Shown here piece after piece: positions 56,032 to 64,000 of a DNA stretch of 64,000 nt (within the stretch, counting starts at the first letter, position 1; each line of letters opens with the position of its first letter). Origin of the DNA: a bacterium (GTDB lineage Bacteria; Bacillota_I; Bacilli_A; RFN20; CAG-826). Made by a program: the position numbers and the translations under genes. The stretch lies in contig JAQXNS010000003.1 of NCBI GenBank assembly GCA_029098125.1, positions 2,845-66,844 on the forward strand. The letters are read 5' to 3'. The notes under the pieces are model-generated. The model was not told where the DNA came from and did no database searches. It saw nothing but the letters and a program-made list of their open reading frames with translations.

Positions 56032-56622
56032 TTATTCTTTAGCTTGAGATTCTTCTTCTCTTTTGTCCTCTGCTTTTTCATCCTTAGGACTTGGATGTTT
56101 ACTAACTGCTACCATTGCAGCTCTGATTAAGTGATCGTGAAGTTTATAACCTTTCATTCTAACTTCTGTAATTAAGTTTTCTTCGCCATCACTTTCTTTT
56201 GTTTCAACGGCATGCATAGTATTTTCATCGAATTTATCACCAATTTTTGGTTCAAGAATTTGAATTCCTTCATTTTCAAGAACACTCAACAACGAATTGT
56301 GAACATACTCAAATCCAATTAAGTAGTTTTTCATTTCAGTTGTAGTTGGTTTATTTTTTAAAGCCATATCGAATGCATCTAAGATACTTAATAAATTTTC
56401 AGCGAATCCTTCAATTCTGTATTTTAGAGATTCTCTATGATCTTTTTCGATCTGTTTTCTTAAATTTGCCATATCAGCATAAGCTTTATAATACTCATTT
56501 TTCCAATGTTCAGCGTCTGATTTGGCTTTTAAAAGTTCTTCTTCAACATTTCTTTCTTCTTTTTTGTCTTCTTTTTGAGTAGCTGATGTTTTTTCTTGAA
56601 CTTTTTCTTCTTTATTTTCCAT
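56032..56622 (-). CDS. grpE: Nucleotide exchange factor GrpE
   Basis: Coiled-coil followed by a beta-domain (...GDKFDENTMHAV...). The ATG at 56622 follows GAAGGAG and overlaps the hrcA end by 11 nt. The ORF-track start 56658 is less likely. Confidence 0.88.
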   Translation of the reverse strand: MENKEEKVQEKTSATQKEDKKEERNVEEELLKAKSDAEHWKNEYYKAYADMANLRKQIEKDHRESLKYRIEGFAENLLSILDAFDMALKNKPTTTEMKNYLIGFEYVHNSLLSVLENEGIQILEPKIGDKFDENTMHAVETKESDGEENLITEVRMKGYKLHDHLIRAAMVAVSKHPSPKDEKAEDKREEESQAKE

Positions 56623-57661
56623 CTGTGCTTTCTCCTTCTTTTTCTTGAATACCTTCATATGAAAAGTGCTCCATTATTTTACTTGCAACATATTCTAATG
56701 TATTAATTACATTTGAATAATCCATTCTTGTAGGCCCAATAATTGCGATTTTCCCCATTGATTTTCCGTTAGCGATTAAATCTTTTGAGATAACTCCAAC
56801 ATCTTCATAATGTTCTTCGACATCACCACAATTTATTAAGATATCATTTCCAGCTTGTTCAATTATGCTAATGATATCTTGCTTTGAGTTGAATAATCCG
56901 AATAGTTTTTTAAGTTCTTCTGGATTATCTTTGAATTCAGGTTGAGTCAATAAGTTTTCTCTTCCATAAATTTCTCCGCTTCTTTTTGAAGCGATATCGT
57001 AGAATGTTTTGATCAATAAATCATAAATGAAGTTGTAGTTTGTTATATATTCACTAAGAATTGGCTTGATATTGGACATTTTTTCAACTAATAAGCTTAC
57101 TTTTGTTCCTTTTAAACGTTCATTTAGTAAACTTACACATTGCTTGATGTCTTCAATATTTAAATCATCCTTAAGATTGAATGTTTTGTTTTCAACATAA
57201 CCTTTGTCGGTAACAAATATTGCAGTTACTGTGAAACTATTGATTGGTACAAGTTGAATGCTAACAAGTTTTTCTTCATCAGCACTTGGTCCAAGAACCA
57301 CACTTGCTAGATTTGTCATGTGTGAAAGAATTTCACAACTTTCTTTTAATACTTCATCTACTGAAGTTGTTTTTGAGAAGATTGTGTTAATCTCGTTTTT
57401 GACATTTTCATCAATTTGTGAGTTTCTTAAGTTTTCAATGTAATATTTATAACCTTCATTTGAAGGAACTCTTCCACTGGATGTATGAGTTTTTTCTAAC
57501 AAACCTTCTTTTTCAAGTGCATTCATCTCATTTCTGATTGTCGCGCTTGAAATATTTAAGTTGTATTTTTGAATTAGATAGTTCGAACCAACTGGTTCAG
57601 CTGTCTTAATAAAATCTTCAACTATTAATTTTAATAAAGTTTGTTTTCTAGTAAGCCCCAT
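56612..57661 (-). CDS. hrcA: Heat-inducible transcription repressor HrcA
   Basis: N-terminal winged helix (MGLTRKQTLLKLIVEDFIKTAEPVGSNYL...SSATIRNEM..LEKEGLLEKTHTSSGRVP). The ATG at 57661 follows GAGGT. The ORF-track start is GTG 57679. Confidence 0.9.
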   Translation of the reverse strand: MGLTRKQTLLKLIVEDFIKTAEPVGSNYLIQKYNLNISSATIRNEMNALEKEGLLEKTHTSSGRVPSNEGYKYYIENLRNSQIDENVKNEINTIFSKTTSVDEVLKESCEILSHMTNLASVVLGPSADEEKLVSIQLVPINSFTVTAIFVTDKGYVENKTFNLKDDLNIEDIKQCVSLLNERLKGTKVSLLVEKMSNIKPILSEYITNYNFIYDLLIKTFYDIASKRSGEIYGRENLLTQPEFKDNPEELKKLFGLFNSKQDIISIIEQAGNDILINCGDVEEHYEDVGVISKDLIANGKSMGKIAIIGPTRMDYSNVINTLEYVASKIMEHFSYEGIQEKEGESTDGK

Positions 57662-57672
57662 AATCACTACCT

Positions 57673-57699
57673 CTAGCACTCATTTTCTTTAAGTGCTAA
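57673..57699 (-). promoter_or_regulatory. CIRCE operator 1
   Basis: CTAGCACTC-ATTTTCTTT-AAGTGCTAA versus the consensus TTAGCACTC-N9-GAGTGCTAA. Lies between the -10 box and the hrcA SD. Confidence 0.85.
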
Positions 57700-57703
57700 C
57701 TAT

Positions 57704-57731
57704 ATTATAAAGACTTATCTAGCACTGTCAA
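57704..57731 (-). promoter_or_regulatory. Sigma-A promoter of the hrcA-grpE-dnaK-dnaJ operon (TTGACA-16 nt-TATAAT)
   Basis: Minus-strand TTGACA (57726-57731) and TATAAT (57704-57709). The -35 box is embedded in CIRCE 2. Confidence 0.7.
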
Positions 57732-57745
57732 CAAAAAAGTGCTAA
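57719..57745 (-). promoter_or_regulatory. CIRCE operator 2
   Basis: CTAGCACTG-TCAACAAAA-AAGTGCTAA, a second inverted repeat with a 9-nt spacer, 19 nt from the first. Confidence 0.75.
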
Positions 57746-57764
57746 AAATTTTAAAATTTCTTTT

Positions 57765-58883
57765 TTAGAACAATTTTTCTAAAACAAAATCTAAGAGCAT
57801 TATGCCTTCATCAGTGCAAAACAACCTATTATTTTCTATTTTTATTAAGTTTCTATTTATTAAATCGCTAATTTCTGACTTTTTTAAGTCTAAAATGTCG
57901 ATATTATATCTATTTTTGAATGTTTCTAACAAAAAACCTTCCTGAAGTCTTAAATTGCATAGCAAAAAGTATTCAATATCATCTTTTTGTGACACTTCTT
58001 CTTTAACGCCATCTCTTATTCCTTTTATATATTTAGTTAAGGATGCTGAATTTTTATATCTAATATTATTAATATATCCACTCGCACCAACTCCAAGTGC
58101 AATATATTCTTCATTTTTCCAATAAGTTATATTGTGTTTTGACTCAAAACCTGGTTTTGCAAAATTACTAACTTCGTATCTTGAAAAACCATTTTTTCTG
58201 AAATTATCTAAAATATAATCGTAATATTTTCTTAGAATTTCATCTGATGTTTCCTTATATCCTTTTATATTATATAAGGATGGACCATCGATAATTAAAG
58301 AATATGTTGAAATATGAGGTATATCTAATTTTAAAAATACCTCGACATCATGTTTTAATTCTTCAAAAGTTTCATCTAAAATTCCATAAATCAAATCAAC
58401 ATTAATATTTGAAAAATATTTTTTTGCAAGTTTAATTTTTGAAGGTATATCAATGGCATAATCTCTATCAATTAGTTTAAGTAATCTTGCGTTAAAAGTT
58501 TGAATTCCGATAGAAATTCGATTAATTTTGTTATTTTTTAATGTTTTTAATATATTTTCGTCAATATTTTCAGGATTTAATTCAATTGTAAATTCATAAC
58601 TGTCTTCTAATAATGGAGTAATTTTTGAAAATAAATCACAAATTTGGCTAGAAGACAAAATAGACGGTGTTCCACCGCCTATATATATTGTTTTGAATTT
58701 ATATCTTTTTTGAATTAATTGATCTAAATCTTTCTTTAATTCTACAAGATATTGATTTAGAAATGATTCGTTGTAAATAAATTTAACAAAATCGCAATAA
58801 GGACAAATTCTTTTGCAAAAAGGAATATGAATGTAAAGACTATTTATCTTGTGATTCATTTTTTTGATTTTTAAATTCTTCAA
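57765..58883 (-). CDS. hemW: Radical SAM heme chaperone HemW (HemN-like)
   Basis: LYIHIPFCKRICPYCDF (CxxxCxxC), GGGTPS, and the position between lepA and hrcA. The alternative start is ATG 58859. Confidence 0.88.
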   Translation of the reverse strand: MKNLKIKKMNHKINSLYIHIPFCKRICPYCDFVKFIYNESFLNQYLVELKKDLDQLIQKRYKFKTIYIGGGTPSILSSSQICDLFSKITPLLEDSYEFTIELNPENIDENILKTLKNNKINRISIGIQTFNARLLKLIDRDYAIDIPSKIKLAKKYFSNINVDLIYGILDETFEELKHDVEVFLKLDIPHISTYSLIIDGPSLYNIKGYKETSDEILRKYYDYILDNFRKNGFSRYEVSNFAKPGFESKHNITYWKNEEYIALGVGASGYINNIRYKNSASLTKYIKGIRDGVKEEVSQKDDIEYFLLCNLRLQEGFLLETFKNRYNIDILDLKKSEISDLINRNLIKIENNRLFCTDEGIMLLDFVLEKLF

Positions 58884-59091
58884 ATTGTTTTTTTGTTTCT
58901 GGATCTTCTACTTCTTCTAAAATTCTGCTTAAATTTTCATCAGCAGCTTTTTCTAAGTCGACTTCTTCGCTGCTATTTTTATTTAATATAAACTTTCTTA
59001 AAAGAAAAACTCCAAGAGCGATTAATCCAAAAATCCCAAGAATTAATAATAAAATAGCCCAGGATTCATTGTACCATTCTGTAAAAATCAT
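58840..59091 (-). CDS. Small hypothetical membrane-anchored acidic protein (83 aa)
   Basis: Single N-terminal TM segment (WAILLLILGIFGLIALGVFLL) followed by a Glu/Lys-rich tail. Overlaps the hemW start. Confidence 0.45.
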   Translation of the reverse strand: MIFTEWYNESWAILLLILGIFGLIALGVFLLRKFILNKNSSEEVDLEKAADENLSRILEEVEDPETKKQFEEFKNQKNESQDK

Positions 59092-59103
59092 CTTTTTAAA
59101 CTC

Positions 59104-60690
59104 CTAATTACGTTTGATTGGGACATAAACAAACTTTTTGCCCATAATTTCTTTCTTATAATAACCTAAAACTACCAAATCGTTCATGCTTTTTCTAGCA
59201 GTTTCGTATGCACAACCAATTTCTTTTTGATATTGATTAACTGTATAGAACATACCAATTGTACAATGACGTGCATAGAAATATGCTTGCCCGTGTGTTA
59301 TTAATGGGTTCATTTCCATTAAATGATTTTCAAGTCTCATTGCTTCTTCATCAGTTAATCCAGTTGGAACGTTAGAAATTGCAATATTTTTTGAGAAAAC
59401 AACAGTCTTGTTTTGTGGAACAAGTTCTTTATCGTTTTGAATTAATTCAGGAATTTCAATTCTTCTTGGTGTATCAACCTTGTTTTCTTGTGGTTTTTCT
59501 TCAATTTTTACTTCTTTTTCAACAGGTTTTGCTATTATTTCGACTTCTTGAACCTTTTTTTCTTGTTCTAAAGTGTCTTTTTTAGCTTGAACTTCTTCTA
59601 AACTTGTTGGAATGACTGTATTTAATTCTTCTTTTGTAATACCAACTTTTTCAAATAATGGTTCTTTTGTGAGAAAACTATTAGTTGGTTCTGACTGATA
59701 TAAGTCTTTTTTTACTGATAAATTCTCAGAAAAAACCATTTCATCAGCGACATTTGCTAAAATTTTGTCTGTTTTTGCTAAGAAAAAGTCTAATAAGTAT
59801 GTTAAATCGTAGTTTGCTTGACATTCTTGAATTACTTTTTCGACTTCATCTTTACAATTTAAGATACAATCAAAGTTTAAAGTTGCAGCAACACCTTCTA
59901 TATCGTTATAAGCTAAGACTTTTTTGAAGAATAATAATGCAATTTCTTCATTATATGTGCTAAATGGTTTAACAAAGTAAATATAATAGAAAGTGCAAAC
60001 AGCCTTAGCAAATAAATCTAAATCATTATTAGAATAATCTAAAAAATCAATTAAATTATCGATATAACTTTCAATTTTTTGAGGTGGGACACCTAAGCGA
60101 AGAACTTTATATGAGTATTCGCCATTACTTCCACTGTAATTTCCTGTTCTATAATATTCGGTTAAATCATCAGTTCCCATTAAATATGTATAAAATTCAC
60201 CAATTGTATCTGCAGAAATATCTTTTAAACAATTAAATTCAATCTCTTTTAAGCAGTTAAAATATCTTTGAATGATAACTTTATCATATGATAATGCATT
60301 CCCGCTTTCTCTAATTATATTGTCGTAAACAGATTCTTCAGCTTCAATTCTATAAGATTTACTAATTTCTTTAAGAATTCTTCTGTAACTGATCAATCGA
60401 TAATTATCGATATTGTAATCTCTTTGAAGTTTAGCGTATTTATTTGATAAATTTGATAATTTTCTTTCAATTGTGTTTAATTTTGCATTAATTGATGGAG
60501 TAAAACAAATTGAAAAATTTGTATTGTCAATATGTTTTAAATTGATTGGTTTCATAAATTGTTGTCTATAAGATAAGATTTGAGTCCAAATCCCATCAAT
60601 TAAGTTTGTTTTCATTTCAACAACAACATCATGTTTTGTAGCATATTTTTCTTCGCTAAATTTTTTGATTTTTTCATTCACGATTGCCAT
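59104..60690 (-). CDS. Fic/Fido-like protein with a degenerate active-site motif and a C-terminal winged-helix-like domain
   Basis: 528 aa. The region FAKAVCTFYYIYFVKPFSTYNEEIALLFF resembles the Fic core, but HPFxxGNGR is replaced by KPFSTYNEE. The C-terminus (...YETARKSMNDLVVLGYY...) looks like a wHTH. All judged by eye. Confidence 0.4.
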   Translation of the reverse strand: MAIVNEKIKKFSEEKYATKHDVVVEMKTNLIDGIWTQILSYRQQFMKPINLKHIDNTNFSICFTPSINAKLNTIERKLSNLSNKYAKLQRDYNIDNYRLISYRRILKEISKSYRIEAEESVYDNIIRESGNALSYDKVIIQRYFNCLKEIEFNCLKDISADTIGEFYTYLMGTDDLTEYYRTGNYSGSNGEYSYKVLRLGVPPQKIESYIDNLIDFLDYSNNDLDLFAKAVCTFYYIYFVKPFSTYNEEIALLFFKKVLAYNDIEGVAATLNFDCILNCKDEVEKVIQECQANYDLTYLLDFFLAKTDKILANVADEMVFSENLSVKKDLYQSEPTNSFLTKEPLFEKVGITKEELNTVIPTSLEEVQAKKDTLEQEKKVQEVEIIAKPVEKEVKIEEKPQENKVDTPRRIEIPELIQNDKELVPQNKTVVFSKNIAISNVPTGLTDEEAMRLENHLMEMNPLITHGQAYFYARHCTIGMFYTVNQYQKEIGCAYETARKSMNDLVVLGYYKKEIMGKKFVYVPIKRN

Positions 60691-60758
60691 GATATTTCTC
60701 CGTTAAAGTTAAAAATATTATAACACATGTATTCTGATTTTAAAGATAATTTTTGAAA

Positions 60759-60846
60759 ATTATTACTAGAAATGTACTAGAAACCTACTAGTTATCTACT
60801 AGAAACCTACTAGAAATGTACTAGAAACCTACTAATTATCTACTAA
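60759..60846 (-). repeat. 11-bp CTAGTA tandem-repeat array 6 (8 units, minus orientation)
   Basis: Forward strand reads ATTATTACTAG AAATGTACTAG AAACCTACTAG TTATCTACTAG AAACCTACTAG AAATGTACTAG AAACCTACTAA TTATCTACTAA. Lies between lepA and the Fic-like gene. Confidence 0.97.
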
Positions 60847-60885
60847 ATGCCATTTCTTGGAAAAAACTGACATTTTTTACATTTT

Positions 60886-62700
60886 TTAATTATCTTCGTC
60901 GTCAATACTTAAAATTGACATGAAAGCATCTTGTGGAACTTCGACACTTCCGATAGCTTTCATACGTTTTTTGCCTTCTTTTTGTTTCTCTAAAAGTTTC
61001 TTTTTACGTGTGATATCGCCACCATAACATTTTGCTAAAACATCTTTTCTCATTGCTTTGATATCAGCACGAGCAATAATTTTACCATTCACTGCTGCTT
61101 GAACAGGAATTTCGAATTGTTGTTTTGGAATAACTTCTTTTAATTTTGAGACTAATTTTAATCCACGTTTGAAAGCAAATGGTTTGTAAACGATTGAAGA
61201 CAAAGCATCAATTGTTTCACCATTTAATAAAATATCCATTTTTGTTAAATTGCTTTCCTTGTAATCGCAAAATTCGTAATCTAAACTTGCATATCCTTTT
61301 GTAAATGATTTTAATTTATCAAAAAAGTTGTAAATAATTTCACTTAAAGGCATTTCATAAACCAAAATCATTCTTGTTTCGTCAAAATATTCAAGATTTT
61401 TATAAATTCCCCTTCTATCTTGGCACAATTGCATAACTGTACCTATGAAATCTTTAGGCATCATCATTTCTGCTTTAACATATGGTTCTTCTATTGATTT
61501 TATTGTTGTTAGGTCAGGCATTTTACTAGGATTGTCAAGATCAATGGATGTCCCGTTTGTTAAATTTATTTTATAAATAACGCTTGGCGCGGTTAAAATT
61601 AGGTCTAAATTGTATTCTCTTTCTAGTCTTTCTTGTATTACATCCATGTGTAAGAGACCTAAAAATCCACATCTAAAGCCAAAACCTAATGCTTGAGAAG
61701 TTTCTGCTTCAAATTTTAAGCTTGCGTCATTTAAAGATAATTTTTCTAACGCTTCTTTTAAATCTTCGTATTTTTTTGAATCTGTAGGATATATTCCACA
61801 ATAAACCATCGGATTTATTTTTTTATAACCAGGTAATGGCAATAATGCTGGATTATCTCTTAAAGTTATGGTGTCACCAACATGAACTTGCTTAATATCT
61901 TTAATTTGTGCACATAAATATCCAACTTCACCACAATTTAATACATCAGTTTGTAATTCTTTTGGTGTTCTAATACCTAATTCTGTTACTAAGAAGTCAC
62001 AATTTGATTTCATTAAATGAATAGTATCACCAACTTTTACGCAACCATCTTTAACTCTAATTAATACAACAACACCTCGATATGAGTCGTAATAACTATC
62101 AAAAATAAGCGCTTTTAATGGATCATCGTTAGATCCTTGAGGTTCTGGAATATCTGTAACGACTCTTTCTAGTACTTCTTTGATATTTTGGCCTGTTTTT
62201 GCACTAACTAATACTGAACTTGAACCATCTAGACCAATTCTATTTGAAATTTCCTCTTTACACATCTCTACTCTTGCGCTTGCAAGGTCGATTTTGTTAA
62301 TTACAGGAACAATTGTAAGATCGTTATCAATTGCAAGGTACATATTTGCAAGAGTTTGTGCCTCAACTCCTTGAGTTGCGTCCACTACTAAAATAGCACC
62401 TTCGCAAGCTGCTAAAGAACGTGATACTTCATATGTAAAATCGACGTGCCCAGGGGTGTCAATAATATTAAAAATATATTCTTCACCATTATCTGCCTTA
62501 TATTTTGCAGTAACAGCATTCAATTTGATTGTAATTCCTCTTTCACGTTCAAGATCCATATCATCAAGAATTTGAGCTTTCATTTCTCTTTTTTGGATTG
62601 TTTCAGTCAACTCTAAAATTCTATCGCATAAGGTGGATTTGCCATGATCGATATGAGCAATAACACTAAAATTTCTAATCTTTGATTTATCGTAATTCAT
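60886..62700 (-). CDS. lepA: Translation elongation factor 4 (LepA)
   Basis: [29 protein letters not shown], and the LepA-specific C-terminal domain. Confidence 0.96.
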   Translation of the reverse strand: MNYDKSKIRNFSVIAHIDHGKSTLCDRILELTETIQKREMKAQILDDMDLERERGITIKLNAVTAKYKADNGEEYIFNIIDTPGHVDFTYEVSRSLAACEGAILVVDATQGVEAQTLANMYLAIDNDLTIVPVINKIDLASARVEMCKEEISNRIGLDGSSSVLVSAKTGQNIKEVLERVVTDIPEPQGSNDDPLKALIFDSYYDSYRGVVVLIRVKDGCVKVGDTIHLMKSNCDFLVTELGIRTPKELQTDVLNCGEVGYLCAQIKDIKQVHVGDTITLRDNPALLPLPGYKKINPMVYCGIYPTDSKKYEDLKEALEKLSLNDASLKFEAETSQALGFGFRCGFLGLLHMDVIQERLEREYNLDLILTAPSVIYKINLTNGTSIDLDNPSKMPDLTTIKSIEEPYVKAEMMMPKDFIGTVMQLCQDRRGIYKNLEYFDETRMILVYEMPLSEIIYNFFDKLKSFTKGYASLDYEFCDYKESNLTKMDILLNGETIDALSSIVYKPFAFKRGLKLVSKLKEVIPKQQFEIPVQAAVNGKIIARADIKAMRKDVLAKCYGGDITRKKKLLEKQKEGKKRMKAIGSVEVPQDAFMSILSIDDEDN

Positions 62701-62823
62701 ATTGATAGATTATACCAAAAAAATTGTGAGAAAAAGATAATAAAAATACATAATATTCACGAATTTAATCAAATTTTATCCAATGTTTTGAATTTTTATA
62801 ATTGATATATTTAATTATTGGAA

Positions 62824-64000
62824 TTATGAATAAAAATTAGATAATTCATTAAAAATATCGTCGCAATTTTTTACATCTGCACCATTTTTATAACGTGCTA
62901 AAATGATATCTTTATAAGCTTTATATGAGTATCGTTTATCAATAATTAAAGCTGTTCCAACATCTTCAGGTGATCGAATAACTCGACCAATTGCTTGCAA
63001 TATTTTGTTAATCCCTGGATTTACATAAGCAAGTTCGAAGCCATTTAGTTCTTTTTCTTCATAAAATTGCTTAATTAAGTTGTTTTCAAAGTTTATTTGA
63101 GGCAATCCAACACCAACAACTACAACTCCGATTAGTCTTTCACCAACTAAATCGATACCTTCTGAAAAACTTCCGCCTAAAACACATACTCCAACATGTG
63201 TTTCTTGAGGAAAATTTTCAAAATAATTTAGAAAATATTGTTTTTCTTTCGCACTCATATTTTTTTCTTGGAATATGAATCGAGAATCATTTTCTAAATA
63301 ATTTTTTAGAAGGTTTAGGTATTCAAATGAAGGAACAAAAATCATGTAATTTCCAATTTTTGCATCGATGTACGCTTCAATTTCGTTTGCAATTTCTAAA
63401 ACTGTCTGATTTCTGTCTTTATAAAAGGTTGAAATTTTGCTATTTACTAGCATTTTGAAGTTTTTATCATCAAATGGAGAATCTAATTTTAGATAATTTT
63501 CTTCAGTTTTTCCTAAAATCATTTCTTGATAGTATTGAATTGGCGATAAAGTAGCACTAAAAAATGTTGCTCCAAATAACTTATTCAATACATCTTTTAT
63601 ATGATGAGCATTATCAATTGAGAATAATTTAAAGGTTAAACTCTTATCCTTATTTATATACATTCTATATCCGTCATTCATCATTTCAAAAATTTTTAGA
63701 AATTTAAATAAATCAACTGAAAAAGTTCTAAATGATTTAGTATCAAATTTAGGATGATCTTTTTCATATTTTTTAAGCGTTTCATTTAATTTTGATAGAT
63801 GTTTGATAAAATCTTCATCGATTTTTTCAATGATTAATTCTTTTTCAAATTCCATTGTTTCAAACATTTTGAAATCTTTATTAACATTTGAAATTGCCTT
63901 TTTAATCGATTTTTCTTTTATATCTTTAAAAGATTTTTTAAGATTTTTAAAATCATCGAAAGAAATACTTGCAGAATACATATCTCTCACTCTTTCAATT
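62824..64000 (-). CDS. DinG/Rad3-family helicase, C-terminal part (5' end beyond the window)
   Basis: Helicase C-terminal motifs GGSFSEGIDLVGERLIGVVVVGVGLP and QAIGRVIRSPEDVGTALIIDKRY. The reading frame stays open to position 64000. Confidence 0.7.
   Translation of the reverse strand, partial: IERVRDMYSASISFDDFKNLKKSFKDIKEKSIKKAISNVNKDFKMFETMEFEKELIIEKIDEDFIKHLSKLNETLKKYEKDHPKFDTKSFRTFSVDLFKFLKIFEMMNDGYRMYINKDKSLTFKLFSIDNAHHIKDVLNKLFGATFFSATLSPIQYYQEMILGKTEENYLKLDSPFDDKNFKMLVNSKISTFYKDRNQTVLEIANEIEAYIDAKIGNYMIFVPSFEYLNLLKNYLENDSRFIFQEKNMSAKEKQYFLNYFENFPQETHVGVCVLGGSFSEGIDLVGERLIGVVVVGVGLPQINFENNLIKQFYEEKELNGFELAYVNPGINKILQAIGRVIRSPEDVGTALIIDKRYSYKAYKDIILARYKNGADVKNCDDIFNELSNFYS

Noticed and set aside
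2707-57679. ORF-track N-terminal extensions starting at GTG or TTG (2707 secDF, 16774 xseB, 19177 deoB, 54110 dnaJ, 57679 hrcA, 56658 grpE, 36767 cshB)
   Set aside because: In each case an in-frame ATG a few codons downstream has a properly spaced SD or promoter. The upstream alternative start overlaps that SD or the preceding gene. I used the ATG coordinates.
16981-60846. The repeat arrays as CRISPR arrays
   Set aside because: The units are 11 bp and directly abutting, with no unique spacers. The arrays are only about 70-90 bp long, and there are no cas genes in the window.
16981-60846. The repeat arrays as promoters or Rho-independent terminators
   Set aside because: TTCTAG/TAGTAC hexamers within the 11-bp register give a spacing of about 19 nt, not 16-18 nt. 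The only self-complementarity is in 4-bp palindromes (CTAG, GTAC), so no stable hairpin can form. Array 4 is followed by its own separate terminator.
1-64000. Mycoplasma-type genetic code (TGA = Trp)
   Set aside because: ruvB terminates at a TGA at the expected C-terminus. All long ORFs are intact under the standard code, and Trp positions are encoded by TGG.
1-64000. rRNA, tRNA, tmRNA or other structured RNA genes in the intergenic gaps
   Set aside because: No gap contains a GC-enriched segment of 70 nt or more, a cloverleaf-like set of inverted repeats, or rRNA-like conserved blocks. The gaps are short and AT-rich. I cannot exclude small sRNAs without a covariance-model search.

Overview
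This is a strongly AT-rich chromosome segment from a low-GC Gram-positive or wall-less Firmicute (Acholeplasma/Erysipelotrichia-like by gene content). It uses the standard genetic code: TGA is a stop (ruvB ends in TGA) and long ORFs are intact. I call about 62 CDS, almost all housekeeping. From memory, they are collinear with these Bacillus subtilis blocks: obg-ruvAB-secDF-recJ-relA-hisS-aspS; yqhY-nusB-xseAB; yqeG-yqeK; plsY/parEC; and lepA-hemW-hrcA-grpE-dnaKJ-rsmE-mtaB-rpsU-ybeY-cdd-era-recO-glyQS-dnaG-sigA-trmK-nif3-ispH-cshB-nfo-ispG. I saw no rRNA, tRNA, CRISPR, transposase or prophage genes.

All 19 CDS left of about 22.8 kb are on the + strand, and 39 of 43 to the right are on the - strand. 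This convergent architecture suggests a replication terminus, and a dif-like site sits at the switch point.

The most unusual signal is a dispersed family of six intergenic arrays, about 42 units in total, of an exact 11-bp tandem repeat (CTAGTA-NN-TTT; main units CTAGTAGGTTT and CTAGTACATTT). The arrays lie at 16981, 22810, 25641, 31502, 48280 and 60759. Their orientation follows the neighbouring transcription direction. They often abut or supply the upstream stop codon, and they put TAG in all six frames. I cannot assign them to any repeat family I know. The one-helical-turn period recalls plasmid centromere/iteron arrays, so they may be binding platforms for an unidentified protein.

Other notable items:
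- a HisRS with a 93-residue Cys/His/Asp-rich repeat tail
- an identical 46-bp leader with an SD-sequestering hairpin in front of two unrelated accessory genes, one of them a C39 peptidase-transmembrane protein with no ATPase domain
- positional orthologues of IspH and endonuclease IV that appear to have lost all metal ligands
- a Fic-like protein with a degenerate motif inserted between lepA and hemW
- a frameshifted oxidoreductase pseudogene
- tandem CIRCE operators
- a set of probable leaderless mRNAs
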